64,000 nt of DNA, taken from assembly GCF_009914755.1 (NCBI RefSeq), contig NC_060935.1, one strand, 5' to 3'. Every line of letters begins with the position of its first letter. Position 1 is the stretch's first letter. The position numbers were made by a program, and so were the translations under genes. This DNA comes from the human T2T-CHM13v2.0 reference genome, Homo sapiens. The notes beneath the pieces were generated by a model, which saw only the letters and a program-made list of their open reading frames with translations, was not told the origin of the DNA and searched no databases. Below, in pieces: positions 1-30,913 of this stretch.

Positions 1-1430
<1,430 letters not shown>

Positions 1431-1446
1431 GAAAAAAATATATTCA

Positions 1447-1600
<154 letters not shown>

Positions 1601-3471
1601 CGTTTCAGTGTCACCCAATTCTCACTGAACATGTATGTGCATGCTAAATACATTATGAGGTAATCTATAGGAATGGAGACTATGGCCAACAGCAGAGACA
1701 AAATATTTCATGTCTTTTGCCTCTAAACAGCTGAATAATACAAACCTTTGGATAATTGAAACAGCTGTGCTAAATATCAGGGTTGCAGCCTCACAATGGC
1801 AGACTGGCAGACAATTTCTATCATTGTGTCTCCACCTCTTTTGCTGGCTGTGTCTAAACACAGGCAGCAGCAGTGCTGGCGTGAGCAGGTGTGAATCGAC
1901 ACACAGCAAGGTATATTAGAAATAGGGTAAAGAAATAAATACTTCAGCTCACTCCTTAGCCAAGTTAATGGAGAAATGCTCACTGAATCCAGTATTATGC
2001 CTGGAAGCAAGGAATTGAATAATAGGTGTTGGAATGATGGTAAGCTAATACTACTTAAAAAATCAACTCTATTTAATTTGGATATGTGCTAGTTGTCAAT
2101 ACTATCAAAGAATGAGAGTAACAAAGAACCCAATAAATTAATGTGGGGCTCCCCACAACATCTAAACATAAGGTCAGTATTAAAAACAGAATATAAAGGA
2201 AAAAAGGCAAAACCTCCAGTGATTGCAGAACTTAACGGTAACATCCTTATTTAAACATGTTTCAGTGTGTCTTTACGCGGATTCACTGACTCACATACAG
2301 CTCTTGGTAAAGCATCAACTTTTTTTGTAGTGCTGTCTGATTCTCTAAGAACCTGATGAGTTTCTTTGAGCAAGAAGTAGCAGCCCAATCTAGCTCAGCT
2401 GTACTCAATCTGAGTTGCTTTCCTACCTACAAACCCTCACTTCAAAGCAAGGAACATAATGTACAATTTTTTAATGGCTCTAGACCCAGGCACTCAGCCG
2501 CTCTGCTCTGCGCCTTACCTCAGTGTAAACACCTCATCAAGATTGCCTGCGCTTCAACAATAGCAGCCAAATGCAATTCGAGAACCACAAGCCTTTGAAG
2601 TCCTCCCTGCAAAGGCCGGTTTTCTAGTCTGGGATAATGACAAGCCATGATTGCTGTCTTTGTTGTATCTTTTCAGTAGAGAAGCAATTATAGGCCCCAA
2701 TTTAACAGAATAGACATTACACAGCTTATGATGCTCAAAATGCAATTTCATTTGATCATTTTCTCGATTTGATTGGTATTAATAGAATGGTTCACAAAAA
2801 AAAAAAAATAGCTGGCAGAGGTTGTGTCCCATTCCACTTTGAAAGAGATAATGTAGAAGTATGCTTTACTTGCCCAGGGATCTCACTGGGGTGATTCAGC
2901 CACTGTGTTCTACCAAAACAGCCTGTGGAGGGAAATAATGTATATCCTACATTTTCTGGAATAGGAAGCGTGGGACACTGTATTTTTAATTTGTAAACTT
3001 TTCACCAGTGCTATGTAAGAGATTCCATCATTGTCAATCAAACAGTATCAACAGTAATAACCTGAATTAACTAAACTAAGTCCCCTTTATTTCTTAGACA
3101 CTTACAAAAGTCAGGGAATCAGCATCCTCATGGCAGATCTATGAAAGAGTTCAACTTCCTTTTTTCCCAGGCTCCAGACGACAGTTTCTCTCAGTCATCC
3201 CCACTTTGAGGTTTGAAAAGGATGATTTCCTTGCCTGCTAAGTCAGCTTAGTTAGTTTTTTTACTCTTGACCTTCATTTCTCCTCCAAGATAGAGTTGAT
3301 TTTTCTTTTAAATGAGTCATGTTTCTGTTGAACATCATGGTTATATGGGATTGAAACCTTTGCTATAACGTTGATAAAAGCTGTGAAATCTAATACTTTT
3401 ATAAGGATCTAGTGTTTCATCTTGAACTAGCACTGTGAGAGGGACTGAGATAGAAAATATGATAAATAGCT

Positions 3472-3760
3472 GGCCTTGGTGGCTCATGCCTGTAATCCCA
3501 GCACTTTGGGAGGCAGGCCGATCACTTGAGTCCATTAGTCTGAGACCAACCTGGGCAACATGGTGAAACCCTGTCTCCACTAAAAATACAAAAATTAGCT
3601 GGGTGTGGTGGCACATGCCTGTAGTCCCAGCAACTTGGAAGGCTGAGGCAGGAGAACCGCTCGAGCCCAGGAGGCGGAGGTTGTAAGCCAAGATCATGCC
3701 ACTGCGCTCCAGCCTGGACCACAGAGCAAGATCTGGAAAAAAAAAAGAGAGAGAAAGAAG
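3472..3760 (+). mobile_element. Alu (AluJ-like)
   Basis: Dimeric Alu; TSD AAATAGCT. Confidence 0.92.
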
Positions 3761-4289
3761 AGAAATAGCTCATTTATAGTTCTAAGCTTTTCATTTTAGC
3801 ACAAGTTGAATTGTTTCATGATGTGAAGTTTTCCATTTGCCATGTAGGTTAATCATTCAAAACCTGGTGATTACTTCTATTTGTAATCAGAAGAATTTCA
3901 TGATCAAACAGTCCATTTTTGTTTCGTGTTTTAGGAATGAAAATTCAAGCACAAAAATGTTAAAAAGTTTTTATTTTTTCCCACTTTCAGATCAACCTTT
4001 AAGTATTCAAACATTCACACCATCTATCTGCCCTATCTCTCTATATATAAGTACAGTAATTGTGATAGTTACTTTAGTAAAGTTAATAGAGATAGCTCAG
4101 GTAGAAGTAAGGTTACACCTGAAATAAAAGAAAGAAAATGTTGTGTTTTGTCCAGGGAAGGCACATTGAGTGGTCAGGAATGAGGGTATCTTCATTGTCA
4201 AACATTTACTTATCACTTAATATTTAACAAATATCTTACCTCTTTCTTATTGAATACAAGTCTGAAGTCAAGGTAAACAGCAGAGGGGA

Positions 4290-4652
<363 letters not shown>

Positions 4653-5407
4653 CTAGTCATACACTTTGCTGCTTCTCCACTACACAGCCCACCAGAGGAA
4701 ATGTAACAAAACGCATGTAAAGTCCTAAATCTAAATTTTAAAACTAATTACGTCAGTTCAGAAGGGACAGACTTGACAGCATTTCTAGGCAGTGGAGCAG
4801 AGAGTGGGCAGAGGAGGCTGACCTGAGTACTGCAGCACAGGGGAATGAGACAGTCGGTCCTCTAAATAAGAGCAGGCTCACAGGAGAGCAGGGTCAGCTT
4901 CTAGCTGCGCAGAGCTGTTGTCTGAAGAAGGCGTTAGTCTGTTCTGTGTTATTCCAGAGGGCAGAGGGATAGAAAATACAGAGACATATATCTGCTCATA
5001 TAAAGAAAAGCTTTCTGGCATTCAGGTTGCTCAGTTAGGGAGCAATATGTTTATCATGCATGAAACAGATTTCTTTTCTCCTCCTCAACCCGTAGAAGAT
5101 CTTTAAACATATACTAATACTGACAAACAGGTAAGTCTTGCCAGGAAATGGGGCATGAATTTAGGCAGACAGCGAGTAAACATCTACCAGGGATGGTGTG
5201 GATGTACTGGAGAACTGGATTATCTCCAGAATCTTTTCCAGCATTAAGATTGCATAACTTTAAGTTTGCTTCCTGCAGTACATCCTGATGGCTGGAATTC
5301 CACATGACACAGACACTAATTTCTTGATTTAAAACAGGTAACTAATGGAGGCAATGAAGGGCCCTTAAATAACTTAGGAACCTAAATCCTGCATAGCTGC
5401 CTTCATT

Positions 5408-5962
5408 CATGGTTCCCAAACCTGCCTGCAGATTAGACCCACCTGGGGAGCTTTTTATTTATTTATTTATCTATTTATATTTATTTATTTATTTTGAGAC
5501 GGAGGCTCACTCTGTCGCCCAGGCTGGAGTGCAGTGGCATGATCTCAGCTGACAGCAACCTCCGCCTCCCAGGTTTAAGCAGTTATCTGCCTCAGCCTTC
5601 CGAGTAGCTGGGATTACAGACCCCAGTCACCACGCCTGGCTAATTTTTTTTTTTTTTTTTTTTTTTTTTTGTATTTTTAGTAGAGATAGGGTTTCGCCAT
5701 CTTGGCCAGGCTAGTCTTGAACTCCTGCCCTCGTGATCCACCCACCTTGGCTTCCCAAAGTGCCGGGATTATAGGTGTGAGCCACTGCGCCTGGACTTTT
5801 TAAATTTTTTTAAATAGTAGATAGGTAACTTTTAAAATATATTGATATCTGGGGCCACCCCCAGAGCTTATGATTTAATGGTTTTGAGGTGGGATCAGGG
5901 CATTAGTATTTTTTTTAATTTCCTCGGTTTTTCTAATATCTAACTAAAGTTGAGAACCACTG
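5408..5962. mobile_element. MER5A-like hAT-Charlie MITE split by an antisense Alu (about 5452-5795)
   Basis: Terminal inverted repeats catggttcccaaa ... ttgagaaccactg; internal acctggggagctt. Confidence 0.75.
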
Positions 5963-6034
5963 ACTTTACATTATTCAAATTCTCTGAGTACCAAAACTAC
6001 TAATTGTGCAGGTCTAGGATATTTCTAATAAGTG

Positions 6035-6270
6035 AGTTAGCAACATTGTTGCATGTGCAGGCTCCGGAGATAGACCACCCAGCTCTACTACTTACTAGCT
6101 GTTGATCCTGGGCAAATTACTTAACCTCTCTGTACCTTTGTTTTCTCATTTGCAAAAAGGGGGTAATAACATATGCATACCTAATAAGGTGGTTGTGAGG
6201 ATTACCTGAGAACTAAGGGCCTAGGACAGATGCTGGCACACCGCGAGCATTCCATGTGTAGAAAACATTG
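6035..6270 (+). mobile_element. MIR
   Basis: Core cttactagctg...gggcaaattacttaacctctctg...ctcatttgcaaaa...ggttgtgaggatta. Confidence 0.8.
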
Positions 6271-6656
6271 TTATTTCTGTTGTCGTCATCATCTTGGCGT
6301 ATAGTGTTATTTCATAGTGTTTCTATTGGTGTGATCAAACGTTACTTGCTGCATCCAGTTCAGATAACTGTTCTAAAATTGGGTCCCCTGAGTATGTATT
6401 GAGCATGTAAAGTAAGTAATAGTTTGACCTTAACGCATCAGTTTTCTCTTCGTGTCTGCAAGAGAAAACATTGTTTATTCCCATTCTCCTTAAGAACAAT
6501 CAGGTCCCTGAGGACTGATGAGATGAATCCTTGAAATTAACTGAAAATAAAACCTAGCCCAGCAGGACCGTTTTCTAGAGTGCACAGACTTGAGTCCCAT
6601 GGCTCTAAGACTAAAATGAATCCAGTTAACATGCTGTATGTGTTTTACCTACCTAG

Positions 6657-6779
<123 letters not shown>

Positions 6780-7359
6780 TAGATTGCATTTTAAGTGTGT
6801 TTCAAGCGATACTGCTGAATATAAGTAATGATCATGACTGAGTTCTTATCACTTAAGGGTTTATTTTTATGCCTGAGAATAATTACCCACTTTCCTATGG
6901 GTAAGACTGGCTTCTGCTCAGAGGAGCCATTGCCTGCTCAGCCAGCCAACCCTACCTGTTTTTCCAAGGGTTCTGTTTGCTGGAAGAAAATAATCATATC
7001 ACACTTCCAACATACTGAGTTAGAACCCCACACAGAAGGAAGGCATGGAAAGACATGCAGGAAAAATCACAGTTCCAGAGAATTGTCCAACTCTGTGCTG
7101 CTCCCAAATCTGATTCCTTTTGGAGTTGGCAGTTACTTATTATTCCTAGACAATGGGGACACTATTCCTGAAAACTGGATGGGAATTCCCAGAGCCTCAC
7201 CAAACCCTCATTTTCAGAATATAAAAGCTTACCAACTGGTCATTTAGCGTGATGACATCCTTTCTGGCCTTGGGTTTACTACTTTGAAATCATAAATGTG
7301 ATTTCAGGGAAGATTTTTCTGAAATTCTCCACACTGTTTTTCTAGAAGAAACAGAAAAA

Positions 7360-7989
<630 letters not shown>

Positions 7990-8772
7990 TCAGGTTTCTC
8001 TTGACCCGTGTATGTGGAGCCACCCTTGGACCAGGCTTTATCCCTGCCTAAGAAGAGATGAGTCCTTTGAAAATTACTGAACCTATAGAGCCTGTTGACA
8101 TCAGTTAAAACTATATACAGTGATAAACATAGTAAAAATAATAATGAGTTTTACCTGAGCTTCAGAGAGGTTAGAAAGAAGGGACAGCCCGAATCATCTC
8201 TTTTCCTCTTCCAGTGGCCTCCAGGCCTCTCTTAAGAGTTGCAAAAAAAGAAATAAAAAGTCATTCACCCAGAGCTTCCTGAAAGTTGATGCCAGTGAGG
8301 CCATACCTAGAAGTTGAGAGGATGGCGACTGAAATGTCTCATGGCTGTGGGATGTGGAGGACAGGATCCACTACCAGATGTGATAGAGAGCCAGGGGAGC
8401 TTGGTCAACAGGAACCAGGGACAAAGGAAATACCTTAAGATTTGCCATGCATTATGGGTAATGGACTGGGTCACGAGAGATGAATTTCTGGGCCTCAGCC
8501 TGCCATTTACTTGATTCATGACTGGGCAAATCTCAGCTTTTTCAAAACCTTAAATTTCTTCTTTATTAAATGAAGGATTAGTCTAAATGACCTTCAAGGT
8601 CCATCTCAGCTGCAAAATGCTAGAATTCTATGACCATGTATTTCTAGTTATTTAAGTTATTATAGAAAAATACATTTGAAGCATGTAAGATTATCACAAC
8701 CTGTAGCTTTCATAATTGTCACTAAGGAAAGCCATAGGATTCTCAGCTAATGATAAAATGATCGAGGTAAAA

Positions 8773-8915
8773 AGCTTTGCCCAGTGGCAACATCATAACC
8801 AGTGAGGTTTATACAGGGTGCAATTATTGCTAACTGAAAACTTTTCCTAATACCCACCATGATGACTTGAAATATAGTCGGCATTGGCAATTTTGGATAG
8901 TCTCTATGGAGACTG
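8773..8915 (+). pseudogene. Full-length U4 snRNA retropseudogene (RNU4-2 type)
   Basis: AGCTTTGCCCAGTGGCAA...TTATTGCTAACTGAAAACTTTTCC...GACTTGAAATATAGTCGGCATTGGCAATTTTGG...GGAGACTG aligns end to end with U4; CpG decay; short A tail; TSD 8749-8772 / 8923-8944. Confidence 0.93.
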
Positions 8916-9445
8916 AAGAAAAAATGATAATAATCAAGGTAAAATCACAGTGCTTGATTTATGGCATGACCTTTGACAGAAGCAGTAAAACTTTTGTATG
9001 GAAGAAAATCAGAAGAAAACCAAAAGAATGCTTTTTATTCCCTGCGTGTACTGTAATTAATGCTCTTATAACCCATTCCTGAATGAAGAAATTGTGGAGC
9101 AAAACATCTAAAAAGTGTTATTGACCTAAAATGACAATAACCACAAATGGCCTAAGGGATGTTTCCCATTCTTTAGGTGGAAAGGATTTGTGGACTGCCC
9201 ACTGCATGCTACACACCAGCCCAGCACTCTGGGACACAGACACTTTAGGCTGCCTTTCTTTTTCCTCTTCAACTACCCAAGTCCAATGCCGTCTTTTTAG
9301 TGCCTCCTCAAGGGCCACCTCTGCATGGAGATTCCCAGCCTCTCCCACCCTGCTCCTCTGCCCTCAGCTCCTGCTGTGTCTGTAGTCTGGGCCACTGGCT
9401 CAGGGCCTGCCATATTGGGCCGTGTCTCATTAACTGCTGCCTGTG

Positions 9446-9763
<318 letters not shown>

Positions 9764-9908
9764 CTGTGTTTCTTTTGTACCCACTACACTACAAGATCTT
9801 TTAAGGTACCGATTGTATTTTTCTCTACATCCCCTACCACAGTGCTTTGCCCAAGGCTGATGCTCAGTAAATATTTACTGACTGATTAAAGAAACATTTA
9901 AAGATCAT

Positions 9909-10045
9909 GGGCCAGGCACAGTGGCTCATGCCTATAATCCTATTGCTTTTTCGGAGGCCAAGGAGGGAGGACTGCTAGAGGCCAGGAATTCGATGTTACA
10001 GGTGCCACTGTACTCCAGCCTGGGCAATAGAGCAAGACCCTGTCT
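9909..10045 (+). mobile_element. Alu monomer (FAM/FRAM/AluJ-like)
   Basis: Diverged single-arm Alu. Confidence 0.75.
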
Positions 10046-10348
10046 CTAAAAAATACAAAATGCAGATAAAAAGATTATTTAGTGTATCTCCAGGAGAAAA
10101 TGGACCTCATTTGAAAATTTTTTCTTGAAAAATGACTTTCAGAGTTTCATAAACCTACCCTAACAACAATAACCTTCACTAATGTGAAATATCTTTGTGC
10201 AAAATCAAAATATTTCACACAACAAATATTTATTGAGTATCTACTGCATTCCAGGCACTGCGGATTAGGTGCCTGGCCCAAAAGATATGGGGAAAAAAAA
10301 AAAAAAAACAAGCAAACAAACAACAACAAAAATTCTTTAAAACAATAA

Positions 10349-11013
<665 letters not shown>

Positions 11014-11681
11014 TAGGAGTTCAACACTTTAGTGGGAATCATTATGTAATCATTATAATGCAGTAATATGGACCTGGGTACAAAATGCAGTGGAACTAAA
11101 AGAGCAACTAATTCTGCCCTAAGAAGACGGAGAAATAACCCCCATAGGAGTCAGTATCTCAGCTGCCCCTAGAAGGACAAATGCGGGCAAAGGTGTGAAA
11201 GTGGGAGGAGGAACGAGGAACCATGACAGCTCTGGCTGCTATTTGTATGGTCTAGGGAGGGAAAAGTTGACATAGTTGGTAAGGGCTGCTGTCTGCCTCA
11301 CGCATCCCAGGACTCAGACTGGAGAAGAGATTGTTCGCAATCTAAGCAGGTACCCAGCAGTGAGGTGCCGTGCAAGGGACATTACACATGCAACTCATAT
11401 ATATGGAAGGCTCCATGACTTGAAAAGACTAAATACCAAAAATACAAACAATAATAATTACATATATGTAGATAGATGTATATTTGTTTGTTTATGTGTG
11501 GAGTGACAGAGAAAATGATGAAATGTGACCAAATGTTTAAAATTGTTCAATCTGGATAAGAATCCTTTAGAGTTGTCCATACTAGCAATTTTTTCTGTAA
11601 GTTTGAAATAACTTGAAAATAAAAAGGTCAAGAAAAAAGTGCCCACAGGATTTGGTGACTAAAAGTTTATTGGTGGCCTGA

Positions 11682-12120
<439 letters not shown>

Positions 12121-12568
12121 AAGAAAGAGATGGGATTTAACCAGAGGATGTATTCAAGTGAATGTTTTTTTCCTTCTTTTCATAGGAGAGACTTAAATAC
12201 ATTTACATGCTAGAAAGAACGAGAAACCAGAGAAAGGGCGAGAAAAGAGAGAAGATATGCCTGAGACCATTTCAGCCTATATATTTTTACTTTAAAAATA
12301 CTGAGAATGATGGTCATCATCATATTCTATGTAAGAGTCTTATCCATGCCTAGATCCATCACTTGAAGCCAAGTCATCTCTCTTCATTTAACCTTGCTAC
12401 ATAGGCCTTAGCGTCCTGAATCGCTTCGCACTTGCCTGTGAATCTTCACAGGTTTTCCAAATCCTGCTTAGGTTGTGTGCCCAGACTGAATGCAGTATGT
12501 TTAAGGCTCAGGACTCTTGCTGGGCAGTGTGAGGGGCACATTCCCACTGGCAGAAGATCTTTTCCAGG

Positions 12569-12933
12569 TATCTTAGTCTGTTTGTGCTGCTATAACAAAA
12601 TACTATAGATCAGGTGGCTTAGAAACAACAGAGGTTTATTTTTTTCACAGCTTTGGAAGCTGGAAGTCCAAGGTCAGGACACTGGCAGTTTCTATGTCTG
12701 GTGAGGATCTGCTTCCTGGTTCATTGGTGATGCTTTCTCACTGTGTCCTCACACAATGGAGGGGGGGAATGAGCTTCCTTGAGCCTATTTTATAGGGACA
12801 TCAATCCCACGAAGGAGGGCTCCGTCCTGCTGACCTAGTCACCCGAAAAGACCCCACCTTTAAATAGCATTACCTTGGGGGTTAGGATTTAACGTATGAG
12901 TTTAGGGAAGACACAAACATTCAAACCATGGCA
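12569..12933. mobile_element. MLT1A-like solo LTR (ERVL-MaLR)
   Basis: tcttagtctgtttgtgctgctataacaaaatac...gacacaaacattcaaaccatggca; 365 bp; perfect 5-bp TSD CCAGG (12564-12568, 12934-12938). Confidence 0.85.
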
Positions 12934-15900
12934 CCAGGCAAGAAACATGCCAGTAGAAAAAAATTAAAAGTTCCCCAATTAAGTAATGTTTCAAAAGGAT
13001 AAATAGGATGTTTTCTTTCTTACCCCTCTAAAATAACTCTTAGCTTTCCAGGCAAAGAAAAGGTAATGATAGTATTAAAGATATATAGGACCTTTTACTT
13101 ATTAATATGAAAGCCCTTGTAATCAAATCCTGATTAACCTTTCCAAAAAGCTGTTAATTTGGTTTTGCCTCCAACACTATCAATAGATCTATGCTTCTTC
13201 TATTCATCTGAACACAGAGCTCTTCCTTACCCACAGAGAAAATCAGAGCCAATTAATATTTTTGCTTGAGATTCTCTTAATATTATCAGATGGAATTTGT
13301 ATCTCGGGCTTAAAGTACTCATGTTTTATTGTTCATAAACACAGCAGAAAAGCAGAACACAACAGACATGTCTTCACTTTAGAGCTGATCTCAGAGCCCA
13401 GGCACAACTCTCAGGACTCCACGGTTGAGTCAGGTTAACTAAGAGCAGGAGTGGCTTTTGTGTTGAAACAGATGAACTTTCTGGTTGAGATCAGAGCAGG
13501 CATTGTCCCGTCTGCTGATGACATGTGAAAAGGAAAGCCGTAAAAGAGAAACAACAAGGTGCTGGCTTTCACAGGGTCGGGGACAAACTTCTCTTGGGTG
13601 GCACAGTATGAACGAGCATTAATTAATAACTAAGGATGAGTCCCACCAAGAAATTATCATCCCAGCATTAGGCATCAGGATTCCCCCATGCTAACACTCC
13701 GTGTGTGACGCAAAAACCTACTGCCATTAAGCAGTTATTCTAAGTGCATGGAGTATGCAGCGACTGCGGGTGTTGGTAACAAAAGAACCCCAGTGAGAGC
13801 AGAATGGAATAGAGGATTTCAGTGCTGATGGAGATTAAATCGTCTGAGAATGGCTTTGTATATTAACTTCAGGGAACTCAGGTCTTGCCACCTAAAGAGT
13901 GACACCTGATGCCCCAATTGTAGGGTAATAAATCTTCAGTAAACCACAGATCTCAAGTAGGCTGCTTGGAAGGTGAGAAAAATCGTATCAAGCCCATAAA
14001 TGGCTTCCTTTCTGGGGACTGAAATGCCATCTCTGGGCACTTATATGTATGTGAATAGCAGATTTAACACTTGAGACAATTGAAGTTTCATAAAATGATG
14101 AGTCCTTGGCCTTGTTGTCAGAGCGCCCTGTGAACAGGATTGTCAGCAGCAAAGGTAATAACATGATTAAGATCAAGTGGTAACCCAGGATTTCACATCT
14201 AGTACCCAAGAAATTTCTGAGAAGTAAGTATTTTCTTTTTTGGTGAAAATTAAGAGAGAAAACTAGGAAAAGTACATTTAGATGGCAGCATCCTGGTTAC
14301 TTCTCTAGCGAGTTAAAGGCTGAACAAAATATTGAAAAGAATGACATTATCAGCATCAATTAATACTTTTAGGTCACAGTCAAGGGGGGCATTTTTGACC
14401 TTCACGAATAGTGCTGCCAGCCATAAAAAGAGCTGCTATATTCCACAACCACACCTATAATATTGTAATATAGCAATTATTTTCTGGATCCATTACAAGA
14501 AAGGATTTTCTTGGAGCTATGTATTTGCAGAGCCTTCCTGCCCGCATTTCCCCATGCAGCTCAATTTACTGCATGGAAGGAATACCTAGAATTTACCTGG
14601 AATACAGAAGAGAAGTTTTCCCTTTTTTGGGAGCACCACAGGTAAAAATTTAAAGTAAGTAGGAGCTAATCAGAGCCTGGCCAATCCCCCAGAAAGCTCA
14701 AATTCTCAAAAGAACAGCTTCTAAATTTCAAATTAGAAGTCGTTATTTCTTAAAAATATGATATGATAAGTAACATTGTGTATTACTGTTTTAAATTTAA
14801 TAATCTCAACATTATCATTATAATGTGATTTCACTAGAAATAGAACACTGCTTAATATTATACAGGAATAGGATGAGTCTTAGTGGTTGTATCAGAATGT
14901 ATCAGAAAAGAGAAATCAAAGCTGAACTCATCACAGTAATTTGATCATTCCTTCTAGCAAGCTAAAATAATCATTCATCCAACTGTTGCATTTTTCAGTT
15001 AATGTTTTATAGATAAAAGCTAAAGAGATTTTTTAGTATATGTGTTCAGAAAGGAAGAAATATGTTGCAGTTATATAACACACTGATGCATATGGTCATC
15101 CTACTGTTTTCAATAAGCATTTAATCATTCTTTGCAAAGGCCTCTTAACTCAGCTAGTTTTCCACAAAGTAATGAGTGCTTTATTCCTTGGAAAATATTT
15201 CTAAATGGCAATAGCACAATATAGTTACATAGTGTATCTATTATACCAGGAGTACATTTTGTTGTTAGGAGACTTTGAAAAGCATAAAGACTGTTCTGAA
15301 ATTGAAATATTTCCCCCAGATGTTTGATTGCCTAAGCGCAGGCTATATTAAGGAACAGAAGCAAAACAGCCCTTGTGGCTTCACAGATGTCCTATCACAG
15401 CACAGGCTCTTTTATAATCCTCTGAATAAAATCTAATTTGTTTCATCTGGTGAAGAGGTCATTTCTAGCTTCTGACCAGCATGAGTAAAAAGATCTGATC
15501 ATCTCAATTGTATTTAATATTAGATTTGTACTTGGTTTGTAAAGCAAATTATTAGTGTTTTCTGGTTAAGATTTTTAAAAATATTCATGTTACTTAAAAT
15601 AAGCTTGTATATTGTAATGTAGATTTGCATTTGTACTTTCTCCGTATCTCTCGAAGTAAAGCTTCCCCACCTCATCCCCCAAGTTGGCAACACTTTTAAG
15701 TCAAAGACTTAACTTTTAAAACTTAAACTTTGAAGCCAAAGACTTGTCCTTAATATAAAGCCCATTCTAAGCTTTCTATTTCTTTCTAGGCTTATAATCC
15801 TAAATTTCCAGGAGGAATCACTCAGTTATTAACTCCAATTCCCTGAAATTAGGAAAAAAATCGTCTACTTTTTCTTTATCTGCTTTCAGTTCTATGGTCA

Positions 15901-15944
15901 CCTTCCTAGAAGTCTCAACCCCCAATTTGGAAAACACTAATTTA

Positions 15945-16101
<157 letters not shown>

Positions 16102-16160
16102 TAAAATTTGTGAAGAGTGCCAGTCTTCTAATTTTACATTAACCAAAAATATCTCTTTAG

Positions 16161-16817
<657 letters not shown>

Positions 16818-16820
16818 TAA

Positions 16821-17288
<468 letters not shown>

Positions 17289-17439
17289 TGATGGATTTCT
17301 TTTCCTCTTCCCTGTCTCCGCTATTTTTCCACTGTAGTTAAACTAGAAGTTGAAGGGAGAGGAGGACAGAGGGACCCAGTCAAAAAACATCAGTGTGTTT
17401 GGGGGTTGCAAGTAATGTTTGGAGGAAACAAATGATCTT

Positions 17440-27990
<10,551 letters not shown>

Positions 27991-28125
27991 TTTTCTATTC
28001 TGAATGCACTAAACAAAAGTTCTAAATAAAATGTAGACTGTCCTAAAGGAAAAAGAGGAGGAGTTTAAGATAAATAAGAAATTAATGTATTCATGAAAAG
28101 ATTAAGCTAAAGGTCATTAATTTGA

Positions 28126-28611
<486 letters not shown>

Positions 28612-29399
28612 TAGGGATGGTCATTACTGAGTTGCTGCCACACTGGGTCGCCCAGAGTCCTAAGGAGTTTCTTACTCCTGCCCCTGCTACTCCCTGGGGT
28701 TTCCCTCCCCTTCTTAATAGAAGTTGTTGCTGCCAGGGATGCCCATTTCTCCCTCCTGTTCAAGTCATCTTGGCGAGAGGTCTCCATTTGCAGAGTGGCA
28801 GAACTCCTCCTTTCATCCCCAGCTGAAACATCTCTTCCTTAGGAAAGCTTCCATACTCCACCCCAAGCCCCATGCTAACCTGAGTCTTCATGGTTATTAA
28901 ATCATTTCTTCCCAGGTCATTCTCATATCTTAAAAAGTAGAGAAAGTAGGGCTGAGTGAGTGAAAGCGCCTGTTGCCATTGCATTTTCCCACCATCTGCC
29001 ACTATGAGGACTCATCTTGGCCCTAATCTCACCCCAACTTCTGCAGTAAAATACCTGGGCTGGCCAGTGATTGAACTTTCCTCTCAAACATTAGCTGACC
29101 TTTACTGAGTTCTTTGTCTCAAATCACCATTACTAGCACCTTTGCGCACTTCAGTCTTTTCTCATAGGGCCTACATGATTTAACAAGTAAAATTGGGGAC
29201 CCAAAGTAGAATGTTTTCAGTAAGAAATGAAGGCGCCTAGGAAGGGGACTTTTTATGTCCTGTGTATTTCTCTTCTGTCACTGGCAATAAAAAGCCCTCA
29301 GGAAAGGTCACTTGCTTCCAGTGTCAAATCATAAGAAAAAGGCTGGAAATGCATTCTGTTTTACAGGCAACAGGGAAAGGCCTGGTTGAAAGCAATAAG

Positions 29400-29825
29400 C
29401 CTGTGGTGAGTTGGGTTTTCAGGGAACAGACTGAAATGGAGATTTGCATGCAGGAGGTCTCTAGACTGAAATAGAGATTTGCATGCAGGAGGTCTCTAGC
29501 AGAGCAACCTGGGGTACCTTTAAGGGAGTGAGGGAAGCGGGGCTGGGCAGAGATGGGCTGTGATGCAGACACAGCAGTAGCCTTGGCCAAGGTTCTGAGG
29601 GTTCTAAAGTTGGGGTGGCCCTTCGAAGGCAAGGGACCCAGGCTTTTGTTCTCCCATACCAACCTGCCATTGGATAGTGACTGCCCCTGGGGAAGGGTGG
29701 TCACTTTGTGCACAGCAGCTCCACGTGGCTGAGGCAGTGTTTAGGGAGGAACTCAGCTGTGAGCCATCAGCAGACAACACTCCCAGCGTCTGGAGAAATG
29801 AGTGCCTCAGTACAGAAGGGCCTCC
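29400..29825. mobile_element. LTR16-like (ERVL) solo LTR
   Basis: gagatttgcatgcaggagg...gggagtgagggaagcggggctgggcagag...ctgtgatgcag resembles LTR16-family text. Confidence 0.6.
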
Positions 29826-29877
29826 GCGCTAAGACCACTTGAGAGGAATTAAGCAAACCATTCCTAAGTTGAATTCA

Positions 29878-30208
<331 letters not shown>

Positions 30209-30532
30209 GATTTCTACTAGGAACTTGGAAGATGCTGGGATGTAAAGATGAGCTATGACCCCTCCTCAGAGGAAGCTTCCAGTTGCATGGAGCTTGGGAA
30301 GGCAGACGTGTAAATGCTTATTATGTTGCAGTATAATGTTGCAAGCAAAAAACAAATAATGATATTAATTAATAATAAAAGTAATAATAATAATGTAGGC
30401 ATGCATGGGGAGCACAGAGGAACGTAAAGGAAAACTGATATCCTGACCTGGGGTCAGGCAAGGCTTCAGAAGATAATTCAGAACTGCGTCTTAGAGGGTG
30501 ATGAAGAGTTGGCAAAGAAGACTGCAAGAGCA

Positions 30533-30913
<381 letters not shown>

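Noticed and set aside
6828-7247. 139-aa ATG ORF just after the first JHY exon
   Set aside because: Intronic, separated from the exon by a stop, no homology recognised.
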